Source of the DNA: Nitrospirota bacterium | GTDB taxonomy: Bacteria; Nitrospirota; 9FT-COMBO-42-15; HDB-SIOI813 | DNA length: 64,000 nt | Reading direction: 5' to 3' | Assembly: GCA_016212215.1 (NCBI GenBank) | Contig: JACRGV010000005.1 | Location: 1,391 to 65,390, forward strand | Shown: one piece after another, positions 36,401 to 45,928 of the stretch | Layout: each line of letters begins with the position of its first letter | Position numbering within the stretch: the stretch's first letter is position 1 | The notes under the pieces: model-generated | Told to the model about the DNA's origin: nothing | The model's database searches: none | Seen by the model: the letters and a program-made list of their open reading frames with translations, nothing else | Program-made: the position numbers and the translations under genes

Positions 36401-38843
36401 GCCAGGCCCTTACCGTTGGCGGTACGGCTTTACCTTCTGTCCATGTTCTGTCCCCGTCAAATAGTGTGTCTAATGATTTTGATGATGCTCCGGCACACAC
36501 TTCCACCAGAGAATCATAAAGCGCATAAGAGGAGTACTTACGCAAGTTTCCGTTAATTATCCACGCGTCAATCGCTGAGACATATCCTTCATATTCTTTC
36601 TGGGACATATTTCTAAGATAGTTGTCGAGTTCTCCAAGGCCGGCAAATCTACGAAAATCAATGAAGCATTCTTCTGAAATATAATCCCCGATATTAGAGG
36701 CACCTAAGTATATAGGCACTGTCCTCGCTTCAAAACAATCGAGAATCTTTTCTGTAATGTAACCGGCAGACAGCGTCTGATGGTTAGTGTTCTCAAAACA
36801 TAGGCTGTAGCGGTATTGTTTCAGTACAGATATTTTTTGACCATCCGGGATTGCACCGCAGTAATTGGTCATTTGGAAAGCTGTTCTGCCGTATACATCA
36901 AAGGGGATTGCCGAGTTTTTAGAAAACCACTCTGCAACCTCAATGCGTTTTGAGTAAAGCTCACCTGGTACATGAGAATGTTTATTGCCGCTGATCATAC
37001 AGATCGCATTCTTACGGCCCATTAAAGGGTAAAGCAATTCGCGCTGACGCGGCATTTCAGTGACCGGTTCCTTTGTTGATCCATCAGCACGCGGAAATAG
37101 TATCTTCTTGAATCTATTGTCCTGTCCGATAAGCGCATCGAATAGCGTGAAAACATAGTCAAAATGCTTCCAGACACGCTCATCAAATTCACCGGGTAAC
37201 ACAACAGCAGGTTCGAGCATGACAAGGATATTTAAACCAGGCCGCTTGCCCCGGTAACTGAACGAATTGTGATATGCATAATGGTCACATCCTTCTATAG
37301 GAAGTTGAGACCAGAGAATAGATACATTGCCTCTATGAACTTCAGTAACATAATTCGGGCGTAAATGCCCATATACAATATTTATTGTGAACCTGTGCCG
37401 GCTGCCGGGATGAGGGATTACAGTCCTCAAATTAAACTCCTGTTCAAGTTTTGCAAGCTCTCCACGTATAGGTATAGAATGATCTATGGTTGTACAGAAT
37501 TCTTTGCTGACAAATATACCGTTAGTGCGATTATCAAATACCAAAAGATAATCATGCTGTTCCAGAAATTGTACAATTTCATTACCACCGACATTAATCT
37601 CAATGATTATAAGGGATGGCCGATAACGGTTCCAATCATTGCTTTTCAAAACAGCAAGGTCGTAGCCCTCCGCATCAACAGACAGAAAATCTATCTTCTG
37701 CCCTTTAAGGTGTGACTCTAAAATATCAACAAGTTTTACAACAGGAGCCGGCTCTTCAGAGACTAACGCAGCACCATAGATTTTTCCGGCCTGAATGGCA
37801 GCCTGTTTGTTGAAGGAAGAGAGGGTATCTGCCGACATGCGATAAAATGTCATGGTCCCGGCTTCCGGTCCGACACCGACTTTAAGATTGATATCCCGGA
37901 CTCTCTTTTCACAGAGTTTGGCGTGAAGATTAGGTTCGGGTTCTATATTGATACCGCACCATCCTCTATTATAAAACAGCTTGGTGTTACTGATTACATC
38001 CGGGTCATTTGCCCCAATGTCTATATAGACGCCTGTTTTTTTGTGCGATAGCAGGGCATCTATGACCACATCTTCACCGTATTGACTATACGATTTTAGG
38101 AATGAGTTCGGTAATACCTTGGGGACTAACAGTTCACGTTCCATAATGAATTCAATATGGTCGGATGATTTTTCTCCTTTGACCCTCCACCGGACATCCA
38201 TTTCCCATGCTGCTTCAGCCTGCTGTGGAGATACAGGGTCAATCCACAACACATCATAATTTTCAGATAAGAGTTCTGTAAAATCACTGAATTTACTTTC
38301 CGGTATTCCAAGGTATCTTGGCGGTGTATTGTCAGGTTCAACTTCGCACTGGATTTCACGAATCTGCCCTTTTTGGATCATATCTTTGAGGGATTTCAGG
38401 ACAGTAAGGTCCATCCCCTGCAAATCTGTAATCAGCGTGTCTATTTCCTGAATGTTATTGGTTATACAAAAATCATGAAGATTTATTGCAGGTACTTTTA
38501 TCTTCTTTTGTGAAGTAAGCAAGCCGCTTATCATGTGCCCAAACTCAGGGTTAGGCATGCCGAGAGAAGAAGCAGGGTCCCAATTTGTCGTAATTGTAAA
38601 CTCTACGTCCTCCCCGCTCTTTTCTGTCAAAGCCCCGTAAATAAATTTTACATTGGGATCATTTTTATACATGTTGCCGGCATTTACCACTTTATCCGGA
38701 TTGGCATCAAAGCCATAACACATATCGAAATATGGTCTGATGCGGCTGAAGTTGACTAAATTGTGAATTCCACAATAAAACAATATTTTCATCGGCAAAC
38801 CTCTCATAGTGTTTTCTATTGTTGTAAACTGTTTATTTTGCAA
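33417..38843 (-). CDS. Giant multi-domain protein (1808 aa): 2x FkbM-type methyltransferase - GT10-like fucosyltransferase motif - CgeB-like GT - GT2 - TPR.
   Basis: FkbM motifs (GVYIDIGANDPDVISNTKLFYNRGWCGINIEPEP). GT10 signature YRYSLCFENTNHQTLSAGYITEK. CgeB tail (NIGDSIGSDDHKISKRIFEIPGCRGFLLT). GT2 core (IIVLAYNQIQYTRLC...LLLVDNGSTDGT). C-terminal TPR. Confidence 0.8.
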   Translation of the reverse strand: MQNKQFTTIENTMRGLPMKILFYCGIHNLVNFSRIRPYFDMCYGFDANPDKVVNAGNMYKNDPNVKFIYGALTEKSGEDVEFTITTNWDPASSLGMPNPEFGHMISGLLTSQKKIKVPAINLHDFCITNNIQEIDTLITDLQGMDLTVLKSLKDMIQKGQIREIQCEVEPDNTPPRYLGIPESKFSDFTELLSENYDVLWIDPVSPQQAEAAWEMDVRWRVKGEKSSDHIEFIMERELLVPKVLPNSFLKSYSQYGEDVVIDALLSHKKTGVYIDIGANDPDVISNTKLFYNRGWCGINIEPEPNLHAKLCEKRVRDINLKVGVGPEAGTMTFYRMSADTLSSFNKQAAIQAGKIYGAALVSEEPAPVVKLVDILESHLKGQKIDFLSVDAEGYDLAVLKSNDWNRYRPSLIIIEINVGGNEIVQFLEQHDYLLVFDNRTNGIFVSKEFCTTIDHSIPIRGELAKLEQEFNLRTVIPHPGSRHRFTINIVYGHLRPNYVTEVHRGNVSILWSQLPIEGCDHYAYHNSFSYRGKRPGLNILVMLEPAVVLPGEFDERVWKHFDYVFTLFDALIGQDNRFKKILFPRADGSTKEPVTEMPRQRELLYPLMGRKNAICMISGNKHSHVPGELYSKRIEVAEWFSKNSAIPFDVYGRTAFQMTNYCGAIPDGQKISVLKQYRYSLCFENTNHQTLSAGYITEKILDCFEARTVPIYLGASNIGDYISEECFIDFRRFAGLGELDNYLRNMSQKEYEGYVSAIDAWIINGNLRKYSSYALYDSLVEVCAGASSKSLDTLFDGDRTWTEGKAVPPTVRAWQFISNPVMWSWKHLSSASPPELYNNKIIREQLISRIQGLMVPAVRDHKFSLIRKKPAIKVLVAGAKYNSGNAQRGYDYNWWNMYDALNRFEDVQVQFYDFVTEAQQRGVAGMSDRLMEIVRKEQFDLFLYSPFNIHADILPEALRSITDHTDTQTIIWMNDDRHSFDYNAQHWAPCVDHIITTSHEDIGKYQQAGFGHKVIKSQWAFNPFTYQQMPGVRTRDMSFVGSAKDNRSDIIEKIRQNRFAIDVFGFGWPGSMDIPYQDMVRIYNQTKINLNIGDSIGSDDHKISKRIFEIPGCRGFLLTTPADHLEEYYEPDREVVLASSPEELIDKSMYYLSHVHEREVIAQRGYERTIAEHTWTHRLLGIFNHVGFPANAKTLPHVSPSPFLQSIPPAPVNSLSSSIDTLQSNNLGDNESIMTSIIVLAYNQIQYTRLCVESILHYTTGHYELLLVDNGSTDGTYEYFESVKTFHPNTRIIRNYQNRNVEYLGNYVASLTLGKYIVAVTNDTIVHEGWLHNFIGQIESAPDIAMVGPRSNNISGPQAAQAEYDTLEAYQTFAAEWGKNHKGSNFETQRVVGMLYIIKKEILERIGGWDPDLPTNGRDGGYGFSDDDLTLRLLLAGYRLIVANDVFIHHFGSVTTSRYRADMFGPSQNINKEKYFIKLNKNERIEVGQQGKLTLMPYEPDDLIPVAENTVIRFPRIAIVERGGGTSIPADHLRSYTSIAEFYRGEIISPGGDPIQPWLIETMTKGQYDFIVLIDKKLNPSQEKVRAIIDIALGYPDAAITVPTGNYAPLTHAHRTGNGKSVEIIQYADMSISVINGKLIRPCIQGLAISNNDEEMFWFLQRRVRGEGFFIIKAGGIVVDADIPCNHHSYDTHTLPEQLVQDKKLTEAISIYKDDLSKDPTFAESLYKLACIAKELHNISEALQYAVDSLEIDPHYIQTYIFLSRYFLEQGDMKDAEDVIRLANLKQPGNPEVQQVVAEFEQRKNNSY

Positions 38844-39895
38844 AGTGACAAATGGTGTGCAATTGTTCGTTCAATGGCTGTCCTAAGATCAACGACCTGT
38901 CTAATTCCTAAATTTATTTGTGCCAGCTTTGTCAACGGTACATATCGTTCGGCTGGCCTGTCTGCGTCAGGTAATTTGGCTATTCTCACCTCAATAGGCT
39001 TCTGAAAACTCTTTGCCACCGTATCAGCTACATCCGCAATAGTTATATCATCTTCCGAGCCGACGTTATATGCCCTGCATGACTCGCCATTAAAAAGGAT
39101 CGTCCATAACCAGACGGCCAAATCAGCAGCGTAGAGGTAGGAGCGATAAGGCGTCCCATCCCCGTTGACCAGGATAGGGCCGCCATTCAATGCATCCCGT
39201 ATGAAATTCCCAATTGCGTAATGGATATCTAAGGGCAAGTGGGGGCCGACAAAGGAAAAACATCGGGCGATCTTAGTTTCGATGCCATACCTGCTTGAAT
39301 AATACGCACATAGAAATTCTGCTGCACGTTTGCCTTCTCCCCAAGCGGAGTTTGGATCAGCAGGATCTGGAGCGCCGCAATAATCTTCTGAAATATGGGT
39401 CATGCCGGATGGTTGTTTACCATAGACAACCCCGGAACTTGTATAAAGAAACTTTCTTGCATGACACTGAACAGCAAAATCAAGGGTATGCCTTGTTCCC
39501 TCGACAATGGTATCGAACTTCACCAGTGGGTCTTCGTTGTTGAACGTGGCAATGGCTGATGTGGCGGCGGCGTGAATGATGTGTGAGAATTCCCCTTCAG
39601 GGAAACTGAAATCCCTGACATCTCCAATATGAAATTTGATTGCCGGATTGGCAGCAAGGTGTGGTGCATTCTTTTGGAACGTATCGTAATTCCTCGTAAG
39701 AACAATGGCTGATGCATTAAGATCGAGGTTATCATTCGCCCAGGCAAAACTCTCCAAAAGCCAGCAGCCGAAAAAACCGGTGCCGCCGGTAATAAACAGG
39801 CGTTTCCCCCGGAGGTCTTCCCAAAGACCTCCGGTATGTGTCAGAATATAATCCAAATCCCCTGTAAGAGGGTTATCTCGAAGATTGCTATGCAT
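38816..39895 (-). CDS. NAD-dependent NDP-sugar epimerase/dehydratase/reductase (extended SDR).
   Basis: Rossmann motif ITGGTGFFG, with the YxxxK catalytic region downstream. Confidence 0.8.
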   Translation of the reverse strand: MHSNLRDNPLTGDLDYILTHTGGLWEDLRGKRLFITGGTGFFGCWLLESFAWANDNLDLNASAIVLTRNYDTFQKNAPHLAANPAIKFHIGDVRDFSFPEGEFSHIIHAAATSAIATFNNEDPLVKFDTIVEGTRHTLDFAVQCHARKFLYTSSGVVYGKQPSGMTHISEDYCGAPDPADPNSAWGEGKRAAEFLCAYYSSRYGIETKIARCFSFVGPHLPLDIHYAIGNFIRDALNGGPILVNGDGTPYRSYLYAADLAVWLWTILFNGESCRAYNVGSEDDITIADVADTVAKSFQKPIEVRIAKLPDADRPAERYVPLTKLAQINLGIRQVVDLRTAIERTIAHHLSLCKINSLQQ

Positions 39896-39972
39896 ACAAA
39901 TGGCCTTCTAACGCAAGATGATCCATCGGGTTATCCTCCCCACATAATATCTTTTTCTACGTAATTCATGGC

Positions 39973-41088
39973 TCAAGGACGGAAAAGCTGACGTTGATTC
40001 GGATCAATTAAATCCTCGCTTGTAAATACTTCGGAATAAGGTACCGGGAGCGGTTTGCCATAAACATTTTTTGCCACAATATCAATAAATTCATTGTTTT
40101 CACCAATAAGACACTTAGGAGTATATTTCCCGAACCACTTAACACTTAAACCCCTTTCGATAATATCTTTTAATGGCTCCTTAAAAAAATTCCCAAGCGA
40201 AATATGGATGTAAGGGCATGGCATCACATCACCATACTTAGTAATTGAAACCATTCTTTTGACTGCTATGCAGCCTAAATCAAGACCATACGACGGAGTC
40301 ATATGTGTAAACACAGGATATTTTTTCTCGAGTTCTCTCACATAATCTGCATCATCTTGAGTGATAAGGACATCAAAATTACCTTCCCATGCCCCAACGG
40401 GCTTAGCATATGTGACATAAACACCTATTCCCCTTGCTTGCGAAAACTCCAATAAATCAAGAAACTCCTGTGATCTGGCCCTGTGCTTTGTGAGCACCGT
40501 TTGAAAAATCAGATTTAATCCTACGTCCAATGCTGCATCAACAGCCCTCATGATTCTTTCATACGAATTGTCTTTATGTCTGAATTTATCATGTTCCGTT
40601 GGTGAAAAGTTATCAAGGCTCAACTGAATTTTATCAATGCCTATCTTTTTCATATGTTTCGCTCTTTTTTCATCCAATAGCCATCCATTAGTATCAGAAG
40701 TTATGTAGAATTTATTTGGGTTGATTGCCTCAACTATATCATCAAAATCCGGGAATATTAATGGTTCGCCGCCTGTGATTACAATATGCGCAAGTCCCAT
40801 TTCGTCAGCTTGTCGTGAAAGTTCTTTTACATCTTTAGGTGTAAAAAATCTCCGCGTGTCAGCTTCACGTTCTTTCTTGGTTTTGTGCTGGAATTTATCT
40901 ATTGAACAATGTTCACAAGTAAAATTGCACGTATAATCATATTGGAATTGAAGTATCGCTATGCTCTCTCCATTTTTAATTTTATCATCATATTTCATGA
41001 TTTTATCATAGACATAAGGTTTTTCTTTTTTTAGCAGGTTCCTTTTATCTGTTTCATGAGCTTTTACTTGTTCTTGTTGAGTTGACAT
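39973..41088 (-). CDS. Radical SAM protein with a SPASM/twitch-like C-terminal Cys cluster.
   Basis: CNFTCEHC (CxxxCxxC), then the later cluster ...LDLGCIAVKRMVSITKYGDVMPCPY. Confidence 0.75.
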   Translation of the reverse strand: MSTQQEQVKAHETDKRNLLKKEKPYVYDKIMKYDDKIKNGESIAILQFQYDYTCNFTCEHCSIDKFQHKTKKEREADTRRFFTPKDVKELSRQADEMGLAHIVITGGEPLIFPDFDDIVEAINPNKFYITSDTNGWLLDEKRAKHMKKIGIDKIQLSLDNFSPTEHDKFRHKDNSYERIMRAVDAALDVGLNLIFQTVLTKHRARSQEFLDLLEFSQARGIGVYVTYAKPVGAWEGNFDVLITQDDADYVRELEKKYPVFTHMTPSYGLDLGCIAVKRMVSITKYGDVMPCPYIHISLGNFFKEPLKDIIERGLSVKWFGKYTPKCLIGENNEFIDIVAKNVYGKPLPVPYSEVFTSEDLIDPNQRQLFRP

Positions 41089-41152
41089 AATATTTATCTC
41101 CTTATTAAATTGATTTAATATCTAAGAACCATAACTAAGAGTTTATAATCAG

Positions 41153-42817
41153 CTATATGGGGACATTAAACATATCCACATAGTTGCGCCAAAAAGGCTT
41201 TTCTGTTGCAATCATCTTTGCAGTATTCATGTATTGTTGTGCTTTTCCCGAATCACCGAGTTTTTCGTAGCATTTCGCTGCATAGTAATATGCAATGGCA
41301 TGGTCATTTTTGGCTCTTATTGCATTCTCAAATCCATCCAACGCCATTTTGTAATTGCCCAAACGGAAATCGCTGTTTTCTACAAGATTAAGCTCCAGAT
41401 TTAAGATATAGGCCATTTCCTGTATATATTCAGCGGTAAAATCCTCAGTTTCGACAATGGCTTTTTTGTAATCGCAATCAGTATAATTACCTTTAAGATA
41501 ATTATTATTAAGAGATATATCAAACATTTCACTTCCTACAAGAGGGGTTGCAACATTTATTCTAAACCAGTTTGCATTAATGGTTTTTAAAAATGACCTT
41601 GTATCCTCAATATCCTGCTTCGTTTCACCCGGAAGCCCTATTAATATATTCACATCCGTATATATTCCAAGTTCACGGCAATCGTCAGCTACGCGCTTTA
41701 CTATTGAAAGGTTAAGGGGTTTATGCATTACTTCCTTTAAAACTCTATTGCTTCCCGATTCTATAGACAAAACAAGCTGATTAACCTCTACACTTTTTAA
41801 GGCCTCAAGCATCTTTCTATCAAGAGCATATAGAGCCAATGAATTAGGGAAAAAAGCAGTTAATTGAAATTCATGCAATATATCAATGAGTCCCATGGCT
41901 CTTTTTTTATCCGCCATGAAGTGATCGTCCTGAAAAATAATTGTTTTTGCCCCATATTGGTCTCTTAGGCGTATAAAATCTTCTCTGACTCTGTTGATGC
42001 TGTAATAGCGCATCATTCTTCCGTGGACCGTGTGTGATGAGCAAAAACAACAACGGAAAGTACACCCCCTTGAGGTCATCACGGGCATATTTTTCTTTTT
42101 TCCGTTTATAGAAAGGTAAGCTGATATTGTTGGATTTAATCTATATTCATCCGGATCTAAAATACCATAATCATAAAAAGGTATTTCATCAAGGTTTTCA
42201 ATAAAATCATATTGAAATGTCTGTCCGTTTTCAATCTTTCCCCGCGTAATCCACGAAGGATTTTCTTCAAGGTACCTCAATTTATCATCGGCTTCCACAA
42301 GACCTAACAGAGACTTTTCGCCCTCACCATAGCAAAGTGCGTCAAAGCATGCGCTGTTTCTAAATATTTCTCTATACATATTTGTTGGCACACCGCCACC
42401 TGCAATTATAACAGCGCCGGGAAATATATCACGGCAGCACTGTGCAATATCCAGCATATTTTGGTAGGATGGCGCAAATAATGCGGATATGCCTATTATG
42501 CTGGGAGCATACTCCATCCAAATTGGATTTGAAATAGAGCTATAGAAAAACTCTGCAAAAGAACTAAATTTAAAACTTTCCAATTTATTTAAAACAATGT
42601 TAAAATCCAAAAGCTTGGTTTCTGCTGCAGTATGCTTTTTCACATACGAGCTCAAAGATAGTACACCTAGATAAATATCTGTAATGACTGCTCCATAGCT
42701 TCCTGATTCTTTTATTACTATTTTTACATTGGCAGGAGGATTGACAAAATCCTCATAATTAATATTAGGCGGAACTATAAATAAAATTTTATCCATTATT
42801 ATCAACCCCATCTGCAC
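41153..42817 (-). CDS. B12-binding-domain radical SAM protein (class B methyltransferase-like) with a C-terminal TPR.
   Basis: N-terminal cobalamin-binding-like Rossmann (KILFIVPP...), CTFRCCFC radical SAM motif, C-terminal TPR (AIAYYYAAKCYEKLGDSGKAQQYM). Confidence 0.75.
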   Translation of the reverse strand: MQMGLIIMDKILFIVPPNINYEDFVNPPANVKIVIKESGSYGAVITDIYLGVLSLSSYVKKHTAAETKLLDFNIVLNKLESFKFSSFAEFFYSSISNPIWMEYAPSIIGISALFAPSYQNMLDIAQCCRDIFPGAVIIAGGGVPTNMYREIFRNSACFDALCYGEGEKSLLGLVEADDKLRYLEENPSWITRGKIENGQTFQYDFIENLDEIPFYDYGILDPDEYRLNPTISAYLSINGKKKNMPVMTSRGCTFRCCFCSSHTVHGRMMRYYSINRVREDFIRLRDQYGAKTIIFQDDHFMADKKRAMGLIDILHEFQLTAFFPNSLALYALDRKMLEALKSVEVNQLVLSIESGSNRVLKEVMHKPLNLSIVKRVADDCRELGIYTDVNILIGLPGETKQDIEDTRSFLKTINANWFRINVATPLVGSEMFDISLNNNYLKGNYTDCDYKKAIVETEDFTAEYIQEMAYILNLELNLVENSDFRLGNYKMALDGFENAIRAKNDHAIAYYYAAKCYEKLGDSGKAQQYMNTAKMIATEKPFWRNYVDMFNVPI

Positions 42818-42825
42818 TTTTCATG

Positions 42826-43965
42826 TTAAACCACTTCCAATCCAAAATCTCTCAATATAGCAATATTTATATTTCTATCAAACTTCTGTCGTATGGTCCT
42901 CGCTACTTCATCAGAGTAACTTGCCGCCATTACAATAACCGCATCTACCGGATCGGAGTCAAGTGTATCAGGAGGAACGATGCGAAGATGGGTAGCCGGA
43001 GTATATTTACCCTGTTTAAAGAGTGCAGAGTCAACAACATACTTTATTTTACCGGCTAAATTTATCAGAGAAATAACAGATAGCGTCTGATGCCCGGCGC
43101 CCCATATCGCCACCTGCTTATCCTTAAAACCACCGATATATTCTTCAATATTATTTTTAAGTTGCACCTGACATTTGTAAAAATGCGATATGTCTAACCT
43201 TTCCCTTTTCTTTACAATCGCTGAAATTATGTAATTGTGCCACACTTCATTACACTCAATAATCTCAAATCCATTTAGCCTTAATGTTGCAATTAATGTT
43301 TCTCTGGTGAAATAAAACAGATGATCAGATATAAATTCAGAGAAAAGTTTGTTCCTCAAAATCATATCAAAATTCGGAACCTCAACAAGACCTACAGCGC
43401 CATATGTCAAATTGTTATATATTCCTCTGAGGGTTGAATTTGGGTCAGGCAAGTGCTCAAGAAAATTCAATATATAAAAGGCATCAAATGGGGCATAGTT
43501 TAACCTATCAGTATTGTTTTGCACAAATCCTTTTGATACCTTCAGGCTATTCCGGACACATTGCATCACTGATTCTTCTGAATGCTCCAATCCATAGGCA
43601 TCTGCACCGCATTGCTGAATAACTGACAGATATTCTCCCCGGCCGCAGCCGATCTCGATAACTTTCTTATTTTTAAGAGAAAAAGTTCGCACGAAACTGC
43701 TGAATTGCTTATTCCTGAAATCCTTCATTTCCTCTGAAAAAGCAGCAGCGCGTATAACCTCTTTATAATAAGGGACTGGAGCATTGCTCAGTTGCACCAA
43801 TCCACAACCGGAACACTGACAGACTTCCAGATCAATCCCTCTGTCTCTTTCGAGAGACTCTGCGTCCGGCAAATATTGCGCAGCCCCCGGCATATTCTCA
43901 TATCGTAGCAATGGTTCTTTGAAAAATTTATGCCCACAAACTCTACACTTGTTTATTAATTTCAT
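42826..43965 (-). CDS. NDP-hexose C-methyltransferase-like (TylCIII/Methyltransf_13-14 architecture): N-terminal Zn ribbon plus class I SAM MTase.
   Basis: CRVCGHKF...CQCSGCG zinc ribbon; SAM motif VIEIGCGRGEY. Confidence 0.7.
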   Translation of the reverse strand: MKLINKCRVCGHKFFKEPLLRYENMPGAAQYLPDAESLERDRGIDLEVCQCSGCGLVQLSNAPVPYYKEVIRAAAFSEEMKDFRNKQFSSFVRTFSLKNKKVIEIGCGRGEYLSVIQQCGADAYGLEHSEESVMQCVRNSLKVSKGFVQNNTDRLNYAPFDAFYILNFLEHLPDPNSTLRGIYNNLTYGAVGLVEVPNFDMILRNKLFSEFISDHLFYFTRETLIATLRLNGFEIIECNEVWHNYIISAIVKKRERLDISHFYKCQVQLKNNIEEYIGGFKDKQVAIWGAGHQTLSVISLINLAGKIKYVVDSALFKQGKYTPATHLRIVPPDTLDSDPVDAVIVMAASYSDEVARTIRQKFDRNINIAILRDFGLEVV

Positions 43966-44020
43966 AATCGTTTAGATGAATTTTCTATACATCTCGTGTT
44001 CAGGGATTATAATGTGCACC

Positions 44021-45928
44021 CTATCCTTCTTTCAGAAGAGGAATAATCATATTTGCAGCAAATTCATCTCTATCTAAAAAAGGCCACAAATCTTCAAGCG
44101 GTTTAGAAACCATCGCCCCATCCGGTCTCGCCGATGATGAAAGTCTTGGGGCCATTTGCATATCCGTGTCGATCATCACATCACATACAACAGGACCATC
44201 CATGTCGAGGATTTTGGAGACTTCATGCACAAGATTGTTTTGGTTCAATATTCTGACAGTCTTTAATCCATAAGCAGAGGCGATTCTGCATGTATCCGGC
44301 AGTGTAAGTCCGCTTGAAGGGTCACAGCATACCAGACGTCCATCAAAGAAACGCTTATGGGTATTTCTTATGGCAGCATAACCGTTGTTATTGAGGACAA
44401 ATATTTTTACAGGGATATTCAGCCTCTTCAGGGTCTCCAATTCCTGAATATTGTGCTGAAGCCCGCCGTCGCCAATAATACAGATAGTCCTTCTACCGCT
44501 TGCAACACATGCACCTATACTTTGCGGAAGTCCAAAGCCCATAGAACCAAGTCCTGGTGAATTCAAAAGCCTCTGCCCCTTTTTTATTCTGAAAGCCTGG
44601 CATGTTATCTCAGCACAGCTCCCTGAACTGCCTGGGACAATAACATCATCACTGCCTGATATCTCTGAAAGCACATCTATAAGTGCATAAGTATTTACAT
44701 ATTTCGCAGGTTCTAAGTACTCAGGAAGTATGACCGGATATTTCCCCTTCCATTCCCTGCATTTTGACAACCATACTGTGCGGTCTTTGGGCCTGACCAT
44801 TGCTATTTTATTGTAGAATTCAGATAAGAACTTTTTTGAATCTGCTGTTATAGTCACATCAACCTTAGAATCTATTTTGTTAATTTCAGCAGGGTCAATA
44901 TCAACGATTATCTTTTTTGCATTACGGGCGAAATTGGGATAACTATGGCCCACCTGGGGTAAATCAAGTCGTGCACCTATTGTTAGTATGAAGTCTGCAT
45001 TCTGTTGAACAAAATTGGCACCTCTTGATGCAATAGAGCCAGGCCTGCCGAAGTAAAGTTCATTATCCTCGGAAAGGATATCCATTATTCTCCAAGTTGT
45101 CAGTACAGGGATTTTTAAGGTCTCAATTACCTTTAAAAATTCCTCCTCTGCATGTCCCAGCCGTATGCCTCTTCCTGCAAGAATTACAGGGCGTTCGGAT
45201 TCATTCAATAGACTTATTGTCTCTTCAATACAATTGTCCATCAGAATGTCTTGTCCATGTTGGGTTTCGCTGGAAAATCTCCATAGCTCACCCTCACCCC
45301 CTCCCGTCATTTCAATTTGGGGAGGGGGGATAAACTTTGCATCCTCCCCCATCAAAGAGGATGGAATAAACTTATAATGGTCAAACGGACTGAGCGTTTC
45401 CTCATCAATTATTGCTGCCTGTACATCAAGCGGTATATCAATCCAAACCGGCCCAGGCCGCCCATTCATAGCAAGGTATATCGCCTTCTCAAGATGATAG
45501 CGAATACTATCAGGTTCAAGCACTGTAACGGCATATTTTGTAATGGGTTTCACGAGCGGGATAATATCTACTTCTTGTATCCCCATCTGCCTGATTCCCT
45601 TTCCTTGAAGCATGTCTTTACGTTTAACCTGTCCGGACAAAACCAGTAGAGGGGTAGAATCAATCCATGAGGCAGTGACTCCTGTTATCGTATTTGTGCC
45701 TCCTGGGCCTGTGGTAACAAGGGCAACACCTATGTCATTCTTATATTGGGCATATCCATCAGCCGCTATTACAGCGGCCTGTTCATGGAGGGTTCCAATA
45801 AATTCAATATCTTTATGCCTTCCGACTGAATCAACAAGATGCATACATCCGCCGCCGGGGAGCATAAAGATATTCTTAACTCCGAGGTCAGCAACAAAAT
45901 TTATTACATAATCCGACAGCTTAATCAT
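44021..45928 (-). CDS. Thiamine-pyrophosphate-dependent enzyme, acetolactate-synthase-like (YerE-like sugar two-carbon branching enzyme candidate), with an in-frame repeat insertion.
   Basis: TPP_enzyme N (MLPGGGCMHLVD), central and C-terminal TPP-binding (GLGSMGFGLP...IGDGG) domains. The inter-domain segment IEMTGGGEGELWRF is encoded by a GC-hairpin repeat copy. Confidence 0.8.
   Translation of the reverse strand: MIKLSDYVINFVADLGVKNIFMLPGGGCMHLVDSVGRHKDIEFIGTLHEQAAVIAADGYAQYKNDIGVALVTTGPGGTNTITGVTASWIDSTPLLVLSGQVKRKDMLQGKGIRQMGIQEVDIIPLVKPITKYAVTVLEPDSIRYHLEKAIYLAMNGRPGPVWIDIPLDVQAAIIDEETLSPFDHYKFIPSSLMGEDAKFIPPPQIEMTGGGEGELWRFSSETQHGQDILMDNCIEETISLLNESERPVILAGRGIRLGHAEEEFLKVIETLKIPVLTTWRIMDILSEDNELYFGRPGSIASRGANFVQQNADFILTIGARLDLPQVGHSYPNFARNAKKIIVDIDPAEINKIDSKVDVTITADSKKFLSEFYNKIAMVRPKDRTVWLSKCREWKGKYPVILPEYLEPAKYVNTYALIDVLSEISGSDDVIVPGSSGSCAEITCQAFRIKKGQRLLNSPGLGSMGFGLPQSIGACVASGRRTICIIGDGGLQHNIQELETLKRLNIPVKIFVLNNNGYAAIRNTHKRFFDGRLVCCDPSSGLTLPDTCRIASAYGLKTVRILNQNNLVHEVSKILDMDGPVVCDVMIDTDMQMAPRLSSSARPDGAMVSKPLEDLWPFLDRDEFAANMIIPLLKEG
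45283..45366. repeat. GC-hairpin repeat copy inside the TPP-enzyme CDS.
   Basis: atagctcaccctcaccccctcccgtcatttcaatttggggagggggg...cctcccccatcaaagaggatgg. Confidence 0.8.
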
